Shown in pieces: positions 1 through 6,760 of a DNA stretch of 15,953 bases; the stretch's first letter is position 1; the number at the start of each line of letters is the position of its first letter. The translations under genes and the position numbers were made by a program. The notes below the pieces were generated by a model, which ran no database searches, was not told the DNA's origin, and saw nothing but the letters and a program-made list of their open reading frames with translations. This stretch comes from Nitrospirota bacterium (GTDB lineage: Bacteria > Nitrospirota > UBA9217): positions 1-15,953 of the forward strand of contig JAOUEV010000069.1 in assembly GCA_029858565.1 (NCBI GenBank). The letters run 5' to 3'.

Positions 1-125
1 GCAACTTCGCTCTGCGCTTCCTTCCCACACTCGGTCGCCCTCATGCAGTTGCGCTTCGCTTCGTTCGTCGTGATCAACTTACGATGGGACTTGCACCCAT
101 AGGAGTGCGCCCATGCTGGGCGCAC
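1..125 (-). mobile_element. Group II intron, class IIC, 5' end (domain I); runs off the left edge of the window
   Basis: The minus strand from 125 reads GTGCGCCCAGCATGGGCGCACTCCTATGGGTGCAAGTCCC... This has the GUGYG 5' splice consensus and the typical IIC opening sequence. It sits 3 nt (ATG) after the T7 tail of a terminator hairpin, the established IIC target. The RT ORF and domains V/VI are not in the window. Confidence 0.88.
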
Positions 126-128
126 CAT

Positions 129-161
129 AAAAAAAGCCGCGCACCTTTTCAGATGCGCGGC
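129..161 (-). terminator. Rho-independent terminator of the 188-697 gene; intron target site
   Basis: Minus strand GCCGCGCATC-TGAAAA-GGTGCGCGGC-TTTTTTT: a 10-bp stem with one G-U pair, then 7 T, 26 nt after the stop codon. Confidence 0.9.
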
Positions 162-187
162 ACCAGGAGCTGTCCCTGCGGCTCCCT

Positions 188-697
188 TCAGTTGTCCTTG
201 CGAGGCCCCGGGCAGTTCCCGCAGCCTTTTCTCCATCCCGCCCAGAGCGGCACCCCGTTCTCATCCCGCAGTTTCAGAACATCATCGCCCCGCTTGATCT
301 CGCCGGCAATGAACACGTCCTGTCCCCAGCGCTGGGTTTTCACGCCCTTGATCTCCAGCGTGTCACCGGCAGCGATCTTCACCTCTCCCTGCTGCTCGAT
401 GTACCACTTCGGACCGAGATGTACCGAAAGCGTCCCGCTGTCGGTCTTGAGCTTGAGCCCGATGCCCTGTCCCATTCTCCCCTTGCCCGAGATCTGCTCC
501 ACAGCCTCTACCTGCCCCTTCACGGTCTCTGCCTTGGCAGGATCGTACATTCCGCCCGGACCGCCTGCTCCGGGGCCGCTGCCGTCCTCTTTGCACCAGC
601 CGCCGCAGTTCTTCCATCCCTGCCAGGGCTGTGCAAATGCCGCTGTGGCGATCACTAATCCCAGCACGACAATTCCGACTCCCAAAATCCTCTTCAT
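188..697 (-). CDS. Exported protein with an OB-fold-like beta domain (resembles the MamS/MamX C-terminal-type domain), 169 aa
   Basis: AAGGAGG lies 8 nt before ATG 697, so this start is preferred over the track start at 724. The protein has a signal peptide (MKRILGVGIVVLGLVIATAAFA), a Gly-rich linker and the motifs YDP..ETVKG, VHLGPKWY and LRDENGVPLW. The family assignment is from recall. Confidence 0.75.
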   Translation of the reverse strand: MKRILGVGIVVLGLVIATAAFAQPWQGWKNCGGWCKEDGSGPGAGGPGGMYDPAKAETVKGQVEAVEQISGKGRMGQGIGLKLKTDSGTLSVHLGPKWYIEQQGEVKIAAGDTLEIKGVKTQRWGQDVFIAGEIKRGDDVLKLRDENGVPLWAGWRKGCGNCPGPRKDN

Positions 698-818
698 TGA
701 CACATCCTCCTTGACCCTCCGCATGGGTATCCCCTCCCCTGGAGCATGCGGGGTTATTCTGTAATTGTCTATCTGACCCGGGATACAGGGAAAGGTTGCA
801 TGAGAAGGAAACTATTTC

Positions 819-1027
819 AGGATCTGAGGATTAGAGATGAAGAAGGATTACAGGATTACCAAACAAAAGGATTAACAAAAAAAGGATCAAAGGATGCGGT
901 GCCCCCTGATCCTTTAATCCTCATAATCCCGTTTCTCTATAATCCTGTTATTCCTAATCCTGCTTCTCCTAATCCTGCTTCTCCTTATCCTGCTTCTCCT
1001 AATCCTGCTTCTCCTTATCCTGCTTCA
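819..1027. repeat. Inverted array of short repeats: (AGGAT[T/C]A)n arm, spacer, (TAATCCT)n arm
   Basis: AGGAT units at 819, 827, 844, 852, 868, 883 and 891. ATCC(T) units at about 909, 917, 926 and 942, continuing through the 15-bp tandem. Inner perfect pair: AAAGGATCA (881-889) with TGATCCTTT (907-915). Confidence 0.85.
953..1027 (+). repeat. 15-bp tandem repeat CCTWATCCTGCTTCT x5
   Basis: Units start at 953, 968, 983, 998 and 1013, with W = A,A,T,A,T. The last unit ends in TCA, which is the TGA stop of the LysR gene. Confidence 0.95.
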
Positions 1028-1915
1028 TTTTTCTTTCAGCATGAAGTCGAGAAAAGCCTTGCACAAAGGAGATCGGCTTCTCGCTTTCAGGAGAACGACC
1101 GAGAATTGCCGCTCCATCCTGACGCCTTTGAGCCTGACCGTTGCGAGCCTGCCTGCCCGAACATCATCATCAAGCGGGCGGCTGGACAGGATCGATATGC
1201 CAAGGCCGGCCTTGACCGCCTGGCGCACCGCGTCGCTGCTCCCGACAACAGCAACAACATTCAATTCATCGATGGACAGGCCCGCGGCACCAAGGTGCTG
1301 CGCCATGATCCGGAGCGTGCCCGAGCCCTGCTCCCGCAGGATAAAGGGCTCTGCCTTCAGCGCTTCGACCTCAACGGTCCTCTTGTTGGCCCAGGCATGG
1401 CCGGCAGGGACTGCGATCACCAGTTCGTCGTGCAAAAAAGCGTGCGTCGCCAGATAGGGATCGCTGACACGGGCGCCCACAACGCCTATGCAAAGCTCGC
1501 CGTTCATGACCGCCTCGGTGATCTTCGCGGTGTCATCGATGCTCAGGCGGATGGATATTTCGGGATAGAGTTTTTTGAACCTGCCGATCAAGCGGGGAAG
1601 GATATAGGCGCCGGGAATCGTGCTGCCGCCTATGGCCAGCAGGCCGCTCACCTTTCCCGAGAGACCTTCGATCTCCTGACGCGCCCGGTCGCGCTCCTCC
1701 AGCAGTCTTACACCGTGCCGGTACAGCACCTCGCCCGCATCGGTCGGGACGATCCGCCTGCCGAGCCGGTCCAGCAGACGAACGCCCAGCTCCTGCTCCA
1801 GTTGTTTGATATGGCCGCTGACCGTGGGCTGGGAAAGGCGCAGCTGCTCCGCTGTACGCGAAAAGCTTCGCAGCCGGACAAGGGTGCAGAATATCTCTAT
1901 CTTGTGAAGATCCAT
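1025..1915 (-). CDS. LysR-family transcriptional regulator (CysL-like / selenium-metabolism-associated type), 296 aa
   Basis: N-terminal HTH SFSRTAEQLRLSQPTVSGHIKQLEQELGVRLLDR. The substrate domain has GGSTIPGAYILP and REQGSGT, typical of the CysL-like subfamily. Confidence 0.93.
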   Translation of the reverse strand: MDLHKIEIFCTLVRLRSFSRTAEQLRLSQPTVSGHIKQLEQELGVRLLDRLGRRIVPTDAGEVLYRHGVRLLEERDRARQEIEGLSGKVSGLLAIGGSTIPGAYILPRLIGRFKKLYPEISIRLSIDDTAKITEAVMNGELCIGVVGARVSDPYLATHAFLHDELVIAVPAGHAWANKRTVEVEALKAEPFILREQGSGTLRIMAQHLGAAGLSIDELNVVAVVGSSDAVRQAVKAGLGISILSSRPLDDDVRAGRLATVRLKGVRMERQFSVVLLKARSRSPLCKAFLDFMLKEK

Positions 1916-1945
1916 AGGGATAGTGATCGAAGTACAATCTAAACA

Positions 1946-2008
1946 AGGGCTATAGTTGTAAGTAAACTCTTTACTGCTTAGGGCTCTTACTTCTAGCCCT
2001 CTACCCCT
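1946..2008. repeat. Degenerate inverted short-repeat element between pepA and the LysR gene
   Basis: AGGGCTA (1946-1952) pairs with TAGCCCT (1994-2000), with GTAAG/CTTAC and AGTAAA/TTTACT inside. 1970-1980 TTTACTGCTTA is the exact reverse complement of 6684-6694. Confidence 0.55.
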
Positions 2009-3514
2009 TTAGCCCTTTTTTGTCTTCTCCGCCTGTTCCCTCAGGAACTGCGTCAGCAGCCGGGCGCCGATGCCCGTGGCGCCTTTCGGGGTGTAGGGCC
2101 GTTCCCTGTCGGTCCATGCTGTTGCCGCGATGTCCAGGTGGGCCCAGGGATGCTTTTCCACGAATTTCGACAGCAGGCAGGCCGCGGTGATCACGCCGCC
2201 GTCCCTGCCGCCGGCGTTCTTCATGTCCGCGATGTCGCTCTTGATCAGGTCGCAATACCCCTCCCAGAGGGGCAGCTCCCAGACCCGCTCCCCGGTCTTC
2301 TCGCCCGCGTCGCGCAATGCCTGCTTCAGCCCTTCGTCAGTGCCGATCATGCCGCTGGCCTCGGTGCCCAGGGCTATCCTGCACGCTCCGGTCAGCGTGG
2401 CGATGTCCACGATCAGGGAAGGCTTGTACCTGCATGCGTACGCCAGGGCATCGGCCAGGATCAGCCGCCCCTCGGCGTCGGTGTTGATGATCTCGATGGT
2501 CTTGCCGGACATCGTGGTAAGCACATCGCCGGGCTTCAGCGCGCTGCCGCTCGGCATGTTCTCGGTCGCGGGCAGCAGCGCCACGATGTTCAGCGGGAGC
2601 TTCAGGGCCGCGGCGCTCCTGATCGCGCCGAGCACCGCTGCGCCGCCTCCCATGTCATCCTTCATCTTATCCATGTTCTCCGACGGCTTGATCGAGATGC
2701 CGCCGGAATCAAAGGTGATCGTTTTGCCCACCAGCGCGATCCAGGGTTTCCTGCCTCCTCCCCGGTACTCGACGATGATGAACTTGGGCTGCTGGACGCT
2801 GCCCGCCGCCACTCCCAGAAGCGCGCCCATGCCGAGCCTGCGCATCTGGGGACGGTCGAGGACCTTCACGCGCAGACGGAACTTCCTCCCCAGGCCGCGG
2901 GCAATGCCGGCGATCGTCGTGGGCGTCATGTCCGCCGAAGGCGAGCTCACCATGTCACGGGCCATGATCGCCGATGCCGCGATGATCTCGCCTGCTGACA
3001 GGCCTTTTGAGAGCGCTTTCACCTGCGTCGAACGTTCTGTCAGCACCGTGAGCCGTTCAAGCTCCTTCGCGCCGTTGTTCTCCCTGGTCGTCTTGTATCT
3101 CAGGAACCGGTACAGGCCGAGCAGCGCGCCCTCCGCAAGGGCCTCGCCGGCTTCCTCTCCGGTCAGTGCCGTACTGTCCATGGCGATCACGAGGTCCTTT
3201 GCCCCGGCCCCTCGTGCCGCGGACGCAGCCTTTGCGCAGGCCAGGCGCAGCTTGTCCGCGGAAAAATCCGCTGCCGCGCCCAGGCCGACCAGGAGCAGAC
3301 GATCTGCCGCGAGATCGCCCTCGGGGTAGAGCACGGTCACGTTCCCGGCCTTGGGCGTGAAATCCCCGCGGCTCACAAGCTTCTCGATCATGCCGCCCAG
3401 CGCCCGGTCCGCCCGCGACGCAAAGGTCCCGAACTTGCCCTTTTCGAACAGCAGGACCGCAAGTGCGCCTGTTCTTACTTTTTCTATTGTTCCTGTGTTA
3501 ACGGTGATCTTCAT
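2009..3514 (-). CDS. pepA: Cytosol leucyl aminopeptidase (M17), 501 aa
   Basis: Motifs VGKTITFDSGGISIK, MKDDMGG, NTDAEGRLILAD and ATLTGA. Start moved to ATG 3514 (AAGGAAG upstream) because the track start at 3589 runs through a terminator. Confidence 0.96.
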   Translation of the reverse strand: MKITVNTGTIEKVRTGALAVLLFEKGKFGTFASRADRALGGMIEKLVSRGDFTPKAGNVTVLYPEGDLAADRLLLVGLGAAADFSADKLRLACAKAASAARGAGAKDLVIAMDSTALTGEEAGEALAEGALLGLYRFLRYKTTRENNGAKELERLTVLTERSTQVKALSKGLSAGEIIAASAIMARDMVSSPSADMTPTTIAGIARGLGRKFRLRVKVLDRPQMRRLGMGALLGVAAGSVQQPKFIIVEYRGGGRKPWIALVGKTITFDSGGISIKPSENMDKMKDDMGGGAAVLGAIRSAAALKLPLNIVALLPATENMPSGSALKPGDVLTTMSGKTIEIINTDAEGRLILADALAYACRYKPSLIVDIATLTGACRIALGTEASGMIGTDEGLKQALRDAGEKTGERVWELPLWEGYCDLIKSDIADMKNAGGRDGGVITAACLLSKFVEKHPWAHLDIAATAWTDRERPYTPKGATGIGARLLTQFLREQAEKTKKG

Positions 3515-3531
3515 GATTGTCTTCCTTAATG

Positions 3532-3560
3532 AAAAAAGCCAGGCCTCGGCCTGACTTTTC
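3532..3560 (-). terminator. Intrinsic terminator after rlpA (possibly bidirectional)
   Basis: Minus strand GAAAAGTCAGGC-CGAG-GCCTGGCTTTTTT, with A/T runs on both sides. Confidence 0.75.
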
Positions 3561-3585
3561 CTGTGCTGCATTATGGTGGCCGTGC

Positions 3586-4275
3586 TCAATCCTTGCGCAG
3601 GACCAGCGGTTCCAGCCCTTCCAGGATCAATTTCCCGGCGATCCGCTCAGCCTTCTCCTCTGATGCGTAGGACCCGACCCGCACCCGATAGAACCGGCCG
3701 ATGTTCGATTCAAAGGGTATGATAGCGACCGTCTCGAACCGCCTGTTCAGGCGCTCCTTCAGCAAACGGGCGTTCTCCTCTTCAGCAAAGGCGGCGGCAT
3801 GGACCGTAAAGAAAGCGCCCTCCGCAAGGGGATCCACGCTCTCGATCCGCACGGTTGCCGATCCCTGGGCAGCGAAACCGAGTTCCTTCGCAGCTCCATA
3901 GGACAGTTCCATGACGCGGCTCCGCACAAAGGGTCCCCGGTCGTTCACCTTGACATTGACGCTCTTGAAATTCTCGAGGTTCGTGACGCGAACGACCGTC
4001 CCCAGCGGGATCGTGCGATGGGCCGCCGTGAGCCCGTTCATGTCGAAACGCTCGCCGCTCGCCGTCGGTTTCCCCTGCATTTCCCGTCCATACCACGAAG
4101 CCGTGCCGGTCTCCCGGTACAGCTGTGCGCCGGGAACAGTGCCCGAAGCTGCTGTTTGCAGCGACGGCCGGTCATCGGCAAGGAGCGTCTCGCGCAGCAC
4201 CGGCGCCTTTTCAGCACAGGCGGTTATCGCCGCCGCTGCAGCCGCTGCCAGGTACAATGCCGCTCGCCCTTTCAT
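3586..4275 (-). CDS. rlpA: Septal ring lytic transglycosylase RlpA lipoprotein with C-terminal SPOR domain
   Basis: Lipobox-like ITAC. DPBB motifs GTASWYG, TASGERFDMNGLTAAHRTIP and VNDRGPF. SPOR-like C-terminus with YRVRVGSY. Confidence 0.94.
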   Translation of the reverse strand: MKGRAALYLAAAAAAAITACAEKAPVLRETLLADDRPSLQTAASGTVPGAQLYRETGTASWYGREMQGKPTASGERFDMNGLTAAHRTIPLGTVVRVTNLENFKSVNVKVNDRGPFVRSRVMELSYGAAKELGFAAQGSATVRIESVDPLAEGAFFTVHAAAFAEEENARLLKERLNRRFETVAIIPFESNIGRFYRVRVGSYASEEKAERIAGKLILEGLEPLVLRKD

Positions 4276-4301
4276 GGACCTTCGGGGACCTCCTCTGCCT
4301 G

Positions 4302-4511
4302 CTATGCTGATGCTGTTTCGGTCTTCTTCTTGCCGCTGGTCTTATAGGCCTTTGCGGCACGGAGCTTCCGCTGAGCGCGCTTTACGTCCTTCTTTGCCTT
4401 GCGTACAGCAGGATCGGACTTCTTGCCGCCCGCTTTTTCCGAAACGGTCTTCGCCTTCTCTTTCAATTTTCCGATCTTGCCCGCGAGCTCTTCCTGGTTC
4501 ACTTTTACCAC
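4302..4511 (-). CDS. Small Lys-rich basic hypothetical protein, 69 aa
   Basis: Strong SD GAGGAGG before GTG 4511 (MVKVNQEELAGKIGKLKEK...). It has its own sigma70-like promoter and lies 26 nt upstream of rlpA. Confidence 0.75.
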   Translation of the reverse strand: MVKVNQEELAGKIGKLKEKAKTVSEKAGGKKSDPAVRKAKKDVKRAQRKLRAAKAYKTSGKKKTETASA

Positions 4512-4578
4512 GTTCTGCTCCTCCTCATAAGGTTTACCACGTCCGTTGTCTGGCCGGAGACACACCCCGGGCCGCAGA

Positions 4579-4617
4579 ATAATAAAACTTACCCTGCGAT
4601 AAATCAAGGGATTTATC
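4579..4617 (-). promoter_or_regulatory. Sigma70-like promoter with an overlapping palindromic operator
   Basis: Minus strand TTGATT (4607-4602), 17 nt, TATTAT (4584-4579). The perfect inverted repeat GATAAATC-N4-GATTTATC (4598-4617) covers the -35. Confidence 0.6.
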
Positions 4618-4665
4618 CTGTCATATGCTGGATTCCGGCCGGGGACGACCGCCTCGCGCCGCCGG

Positions 4666-5433
4666 TCATGACCGGGGAACTTCGGTCACAATGCCGCTGG
4701 TCACCTGATCATGGATATACTGCTTGATCGCGTCGCGGTCTTCGGCCATGATCCTGATGAATTTGACCGCCATGCCCGGCTCGGAGAAGGCGCGGGAGTC
4801 CTGCCGGCGCGTATAGATGACCGTCGCGTCGGCGTTGATGGTCCGGGCACCGATGACGATCTGCAGGGCCAGTTTCTCGTTCGGAGCGTGGTACTTGAAC
4901 GTTCGGATGTACATGCCCTGGGAGGAAAGATGGGTGGCGCATTCACCCCGGGCGCTGTCAAGCGGGGTTTTATTGATCGTCACCGGCAGCGACGTCTTTA
5001 TGCGCAGGTTCGAACGCGGCGTGGTTTCCATGACCGACTGGACCGCCCGAAAGAGATCTTCGACCGTGACCGGTCTCCGCAGGCAGAGATGACTGCCGAT
5101 CTCGAAATCCTCGTCCTCGCAGGTCTCATCGTCTTTCGGCAGCAGCAGAATGACCGGGATGGAATAGGTATGGGAGTTCCTGCCGAGCACCCGGAGGAAC
5201 TCCAGCCCGGTCATGCCGGGAAGCGCGAGATCGGTCACCACGAGCGCCGGCATGGCCACGGAGATCATATCGAGCGCCTGACGGGCGTTCCGGGCGGTGC
5301 AGACAGGATAGGAGAAGCGATGAAGCAGCATGGCCGTGGTGAAGAGCTCCTGGATATTGCTTTCAATGACCAGGATGTACCGGCTTTTCCGGGAGAAAGG
5401 ACGGGGCGTTTCAACATCATTGAGCACTGACAT
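4666..5433 (-). CDS. Atypical response-regulator receiver domain plus PilZ domain protein, 255 aa
   Basis: REC pattern ILVIE...VVTDLALPGMTGLEFL...IPVILL...RPV. C-terminal PilZ-like RSNLR...HLSSQGMYI...PGMAVKF. SD AAGGAAG upstream. Confidence 0.88.
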   Translation of the reverse strand: MSVLNDVETPRPFSRKSRYILVIESNIQELFTTAMLLHRFSYPVCTARNARQALDMISVAMPALVVTDLALPGMTGLEFLRVLGRNSHTYSIPVILLLPKDDETCEDEDFEIGSHLCLRRPVTVEDLFRAVQSVMETTPRSNLRIKTSLPVTINKTPLDSARGECATHLSSQGMYIRTFKYHAPNEKLALQIVIGARTINADATVIYTRRQDSRAFSEPGMAVKFIRIMAEDRDAIKQYIHDQVTSGIVTEVPRS

Positions 5434-5542
5434 TTCGCTGTCTTCCTTTCGCCGTCAGGCGATTCGTTGTTCCCTGCGCCAAGATAGTACCTTTCCCTGC
5501 CAGAGCATGCCGCCGGGGACCATGCGATTCTGACCGGAAATG

Positions 5543-6139
5543 CTAGGGGCAGCCGCCCTGCTTCTTCATCTCGGCCACATACTCCTCATAGTTGGAAAGC
5601 TCCTCAGCGCGGAACTCCCGCGCCTCAGGATTCCCCTTCTTGAAGGCATTGTAGCTCTTCATTCCTTCGTCAAAGGCATCGCACGCCGCCTGCTGCCGGT
5701 TCAGCATCACATAGGTCTTGGCCAGGCTCAGATAGACGTTCGAAAGCGCTTCATGCTGGTTGTTCTCCGTGAAAATATCCTTTGCCTTGTTGAAATATTC
5801 CGCTGCCTTGGCATACCTGCCCGCGAAGCTCGCGGTACGGTCCAGAAAACCTTCCTTGGTATAATACGTTTCGAACTTTGTCACCGCGTTGGACCGGAAA
5901 AAGAGGCCATATTCACGATAGGCCGCGGCCATGCCCGGGCGGTTGTTGGTCTTCTGGGAGAGCGCAAGGGCGTCACGGATCAGCTTCTCCGCCTGCACCG
6001 GTTCGTCCCTGCTGGCGTAGTGCTCCGATGCCCACTTCAATTTCAGCGCAGGATCGTCCGTGGACCGTCCAAAGAGGGCAGCGCACCCTGCCAGGAGCGA
6101 ACAACAGCAAACCAACAGGATAATTCTGGTCAAGTTCAC
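5543..6139 (-). CDS. Lipoprotein with TPR-like helical repeats, about 198 aa
   Basis: AAGGAGG precedes GTG 6139 (TTG 6133 is an alternative start). Lipobox LLAGC. TPR-like segments AEKLIRDALAL, AAEYFNKAKDIF and VYLSLAKTY. The track start at 6316 is over-extended. Confidence 0.8.
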   Translation of the reverse strand: MNLTRIILLVCCCSLLAGCAALFGRSTDDPALKLKWASEHYASRDEPVQAEKLIRDALALSQKTNNRPGMAAAYREYGLFFRSNAVTKFETYYTKEGFLDRTASFAGRYAKAAEYFNKAKDIFTENNQHEALSNVYLSLAKTYVMLNRQQAACDAFDEGMKSYNAFKKGNPEAREFRAEELSNYEEYVAEMKKQGGCP

Positions 6140-6249
6140 ATGGCCTCCTTGAGCTTGTTTGCATGCAACAGGATCTGAGCGCAAGAACAACCGATGCGCA
6201 GGTTCCGATGGACTGCTGCTGCACAGCCTGGGCACTGTTAATTTAAAAA

Positions 6250-6278
6250 AATCTACTACAACCGGAACGATAAGGCAA
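6250..6278 (-). promoter_or_regulatory. Putative sigma70 promoter of the lipoprotein gene
   Basis: Minus strand TTGCCT, 17 nt, TAGATT, followed by AT-rich sequence. Confidence 0.5.
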
Positions 6279-6324
6279 GGGAATTTCGGGCGAATGCCCG
6301 GAACAGGACAAGGCACAAGTATAA

Positions 6325-6374
6325 GCGGCAGGGGCGTCGCGAACCAAAAGAGCGCGGTCGCGGGCCCCTACCGC
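6325..6374. repeat. GC-rich imperfect hairpin, REP-like (GTAGGGGC...GCCCCTGC)
   Basis: GCGGCAGGGGC (6325-6335) pairs with GCCCCTACCGC (6364-6374), with an inner CGCGA(A)CC/GGTCGCG stem. It lies 11 nt after the stop of the 8-Cys gene. Confidence 0.5.
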
Positions 6375-6385
6375 AGGAAGGAGCG

Positions 6386-6634
6386 TTACTTCTTCTGGGC
6401 TTTCATGAGCCGCTCGAATTTCTCGGCGCCCACGCAGTCCTTGGCATAGGCGCACCATTCGATGCACGACGATCCGAGCGGACGGGCGTTCACCTGGCCG
6501 CAGTTCTTGCAGACAGAATCAGGCTCATCGGTCCAGATCTCCATCTTTTCGCCGCACTTCTGACACCGGATATCCTCCGGCCTGGGCGACCGTATCTCCG
6601 CGCTGCCGGGGCAGCCTTCCTTGAACATGCTCAT
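6386..6634 (-). CDS. Small Cys-rich putative metal-binding protein (8 Cys), 82 aa
   Basis: Pattern CPG...CQKCG...EIWTDE...CKNCG...SCIEWC.YAKDCVG. TATAAT lies 6 nt before the ATG and there is no SD. Confidence 0.85.
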   Translation of the reverse strand: MSMFKEGCPGSAEIRSPRPEDIRCQKCGEKMEIWTDEPDSVCKNCGQVNARPLGSSCIEWCAYAKDCVGAEKFERLMKAQKK

Positions 6635-6683
6635 GGTTTAATTATACCGCGCCTGCGGAAAAGGGGTATGATGCAGGTCATAA

Positions 6684-6760
6684 TAAGCAGTAAAGCGATA
6701 AGCTCTAGAGCGGGCATGTCCTTTTCCGCTTAATGCTTATCACTTATAACTTACTGCTTT
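6684..6760. repeat. Inverted array of 7-nt repeats (TAAGY / RCTTA)
   Basis: Right arm GCTTAAT GCTTATC ACTTATA ACTTACT GCTT (6728-6759), period 7. Left arm AAGCAGTAA AGCGATAAGC...AGCGG pairs with it. It directly abuts the TAG stop at 6761-6763. Confidence 0.8.

Noticed and set aside
188-697. Magnetosome island, suggested by the MamS/MamX-like domain
   Set aside because: No other mam genes and no magnetochrome CxxCH motifs. The domain also occurs in non-magnetotactic bacteria.
79-764. ORFs 79-264(-), 84-764(+), 363-617(-) and 419-658(+)
   Set aside because: They overlap the real 188-697 gene, the terminator and the intron RNA, and have no protein motifs.
953-1027. Tandem repeat as a possible CRISPR array
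   Set aside because: The units are contiguous 15-mers with no unique spacers, and there are no cas genes.
914-1027. Read-through or selenocysteine recoding of the LysR TGA, which would add a 36-codon (SRIRR)n tail
   Set aside because: The protein is already full LysR length and no SECIS-like hairpin follows the TGA. The open frame is explained by the 15-nt repeat period.
746-1942. 398-aa plus-strand ORF with PASPN/PASPY repeats
   Set aside because: It is the antisense shadow of the LysR gene. The peptide repeats are just the translation of the 15-bp DNA tandem, and no domain is recognisable.
2130-3329. Long plus-strand ORFs opposite pepA, and similar ones opposite the M1 fusion, tilS, ftsH and folP
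   Set aside because: Antisense or alternate-frame ORFs are expected in GC-rich coding DNA, and the opposite strand carries clear family motifs.
6140-6324. Possible riboswitch in the lipoprotein leader
   Set aside because: I could not recognise a conserved aptamer motif (c-di-GMP, TPP, cobalamin, SAM). An Rfam scan would be needed.
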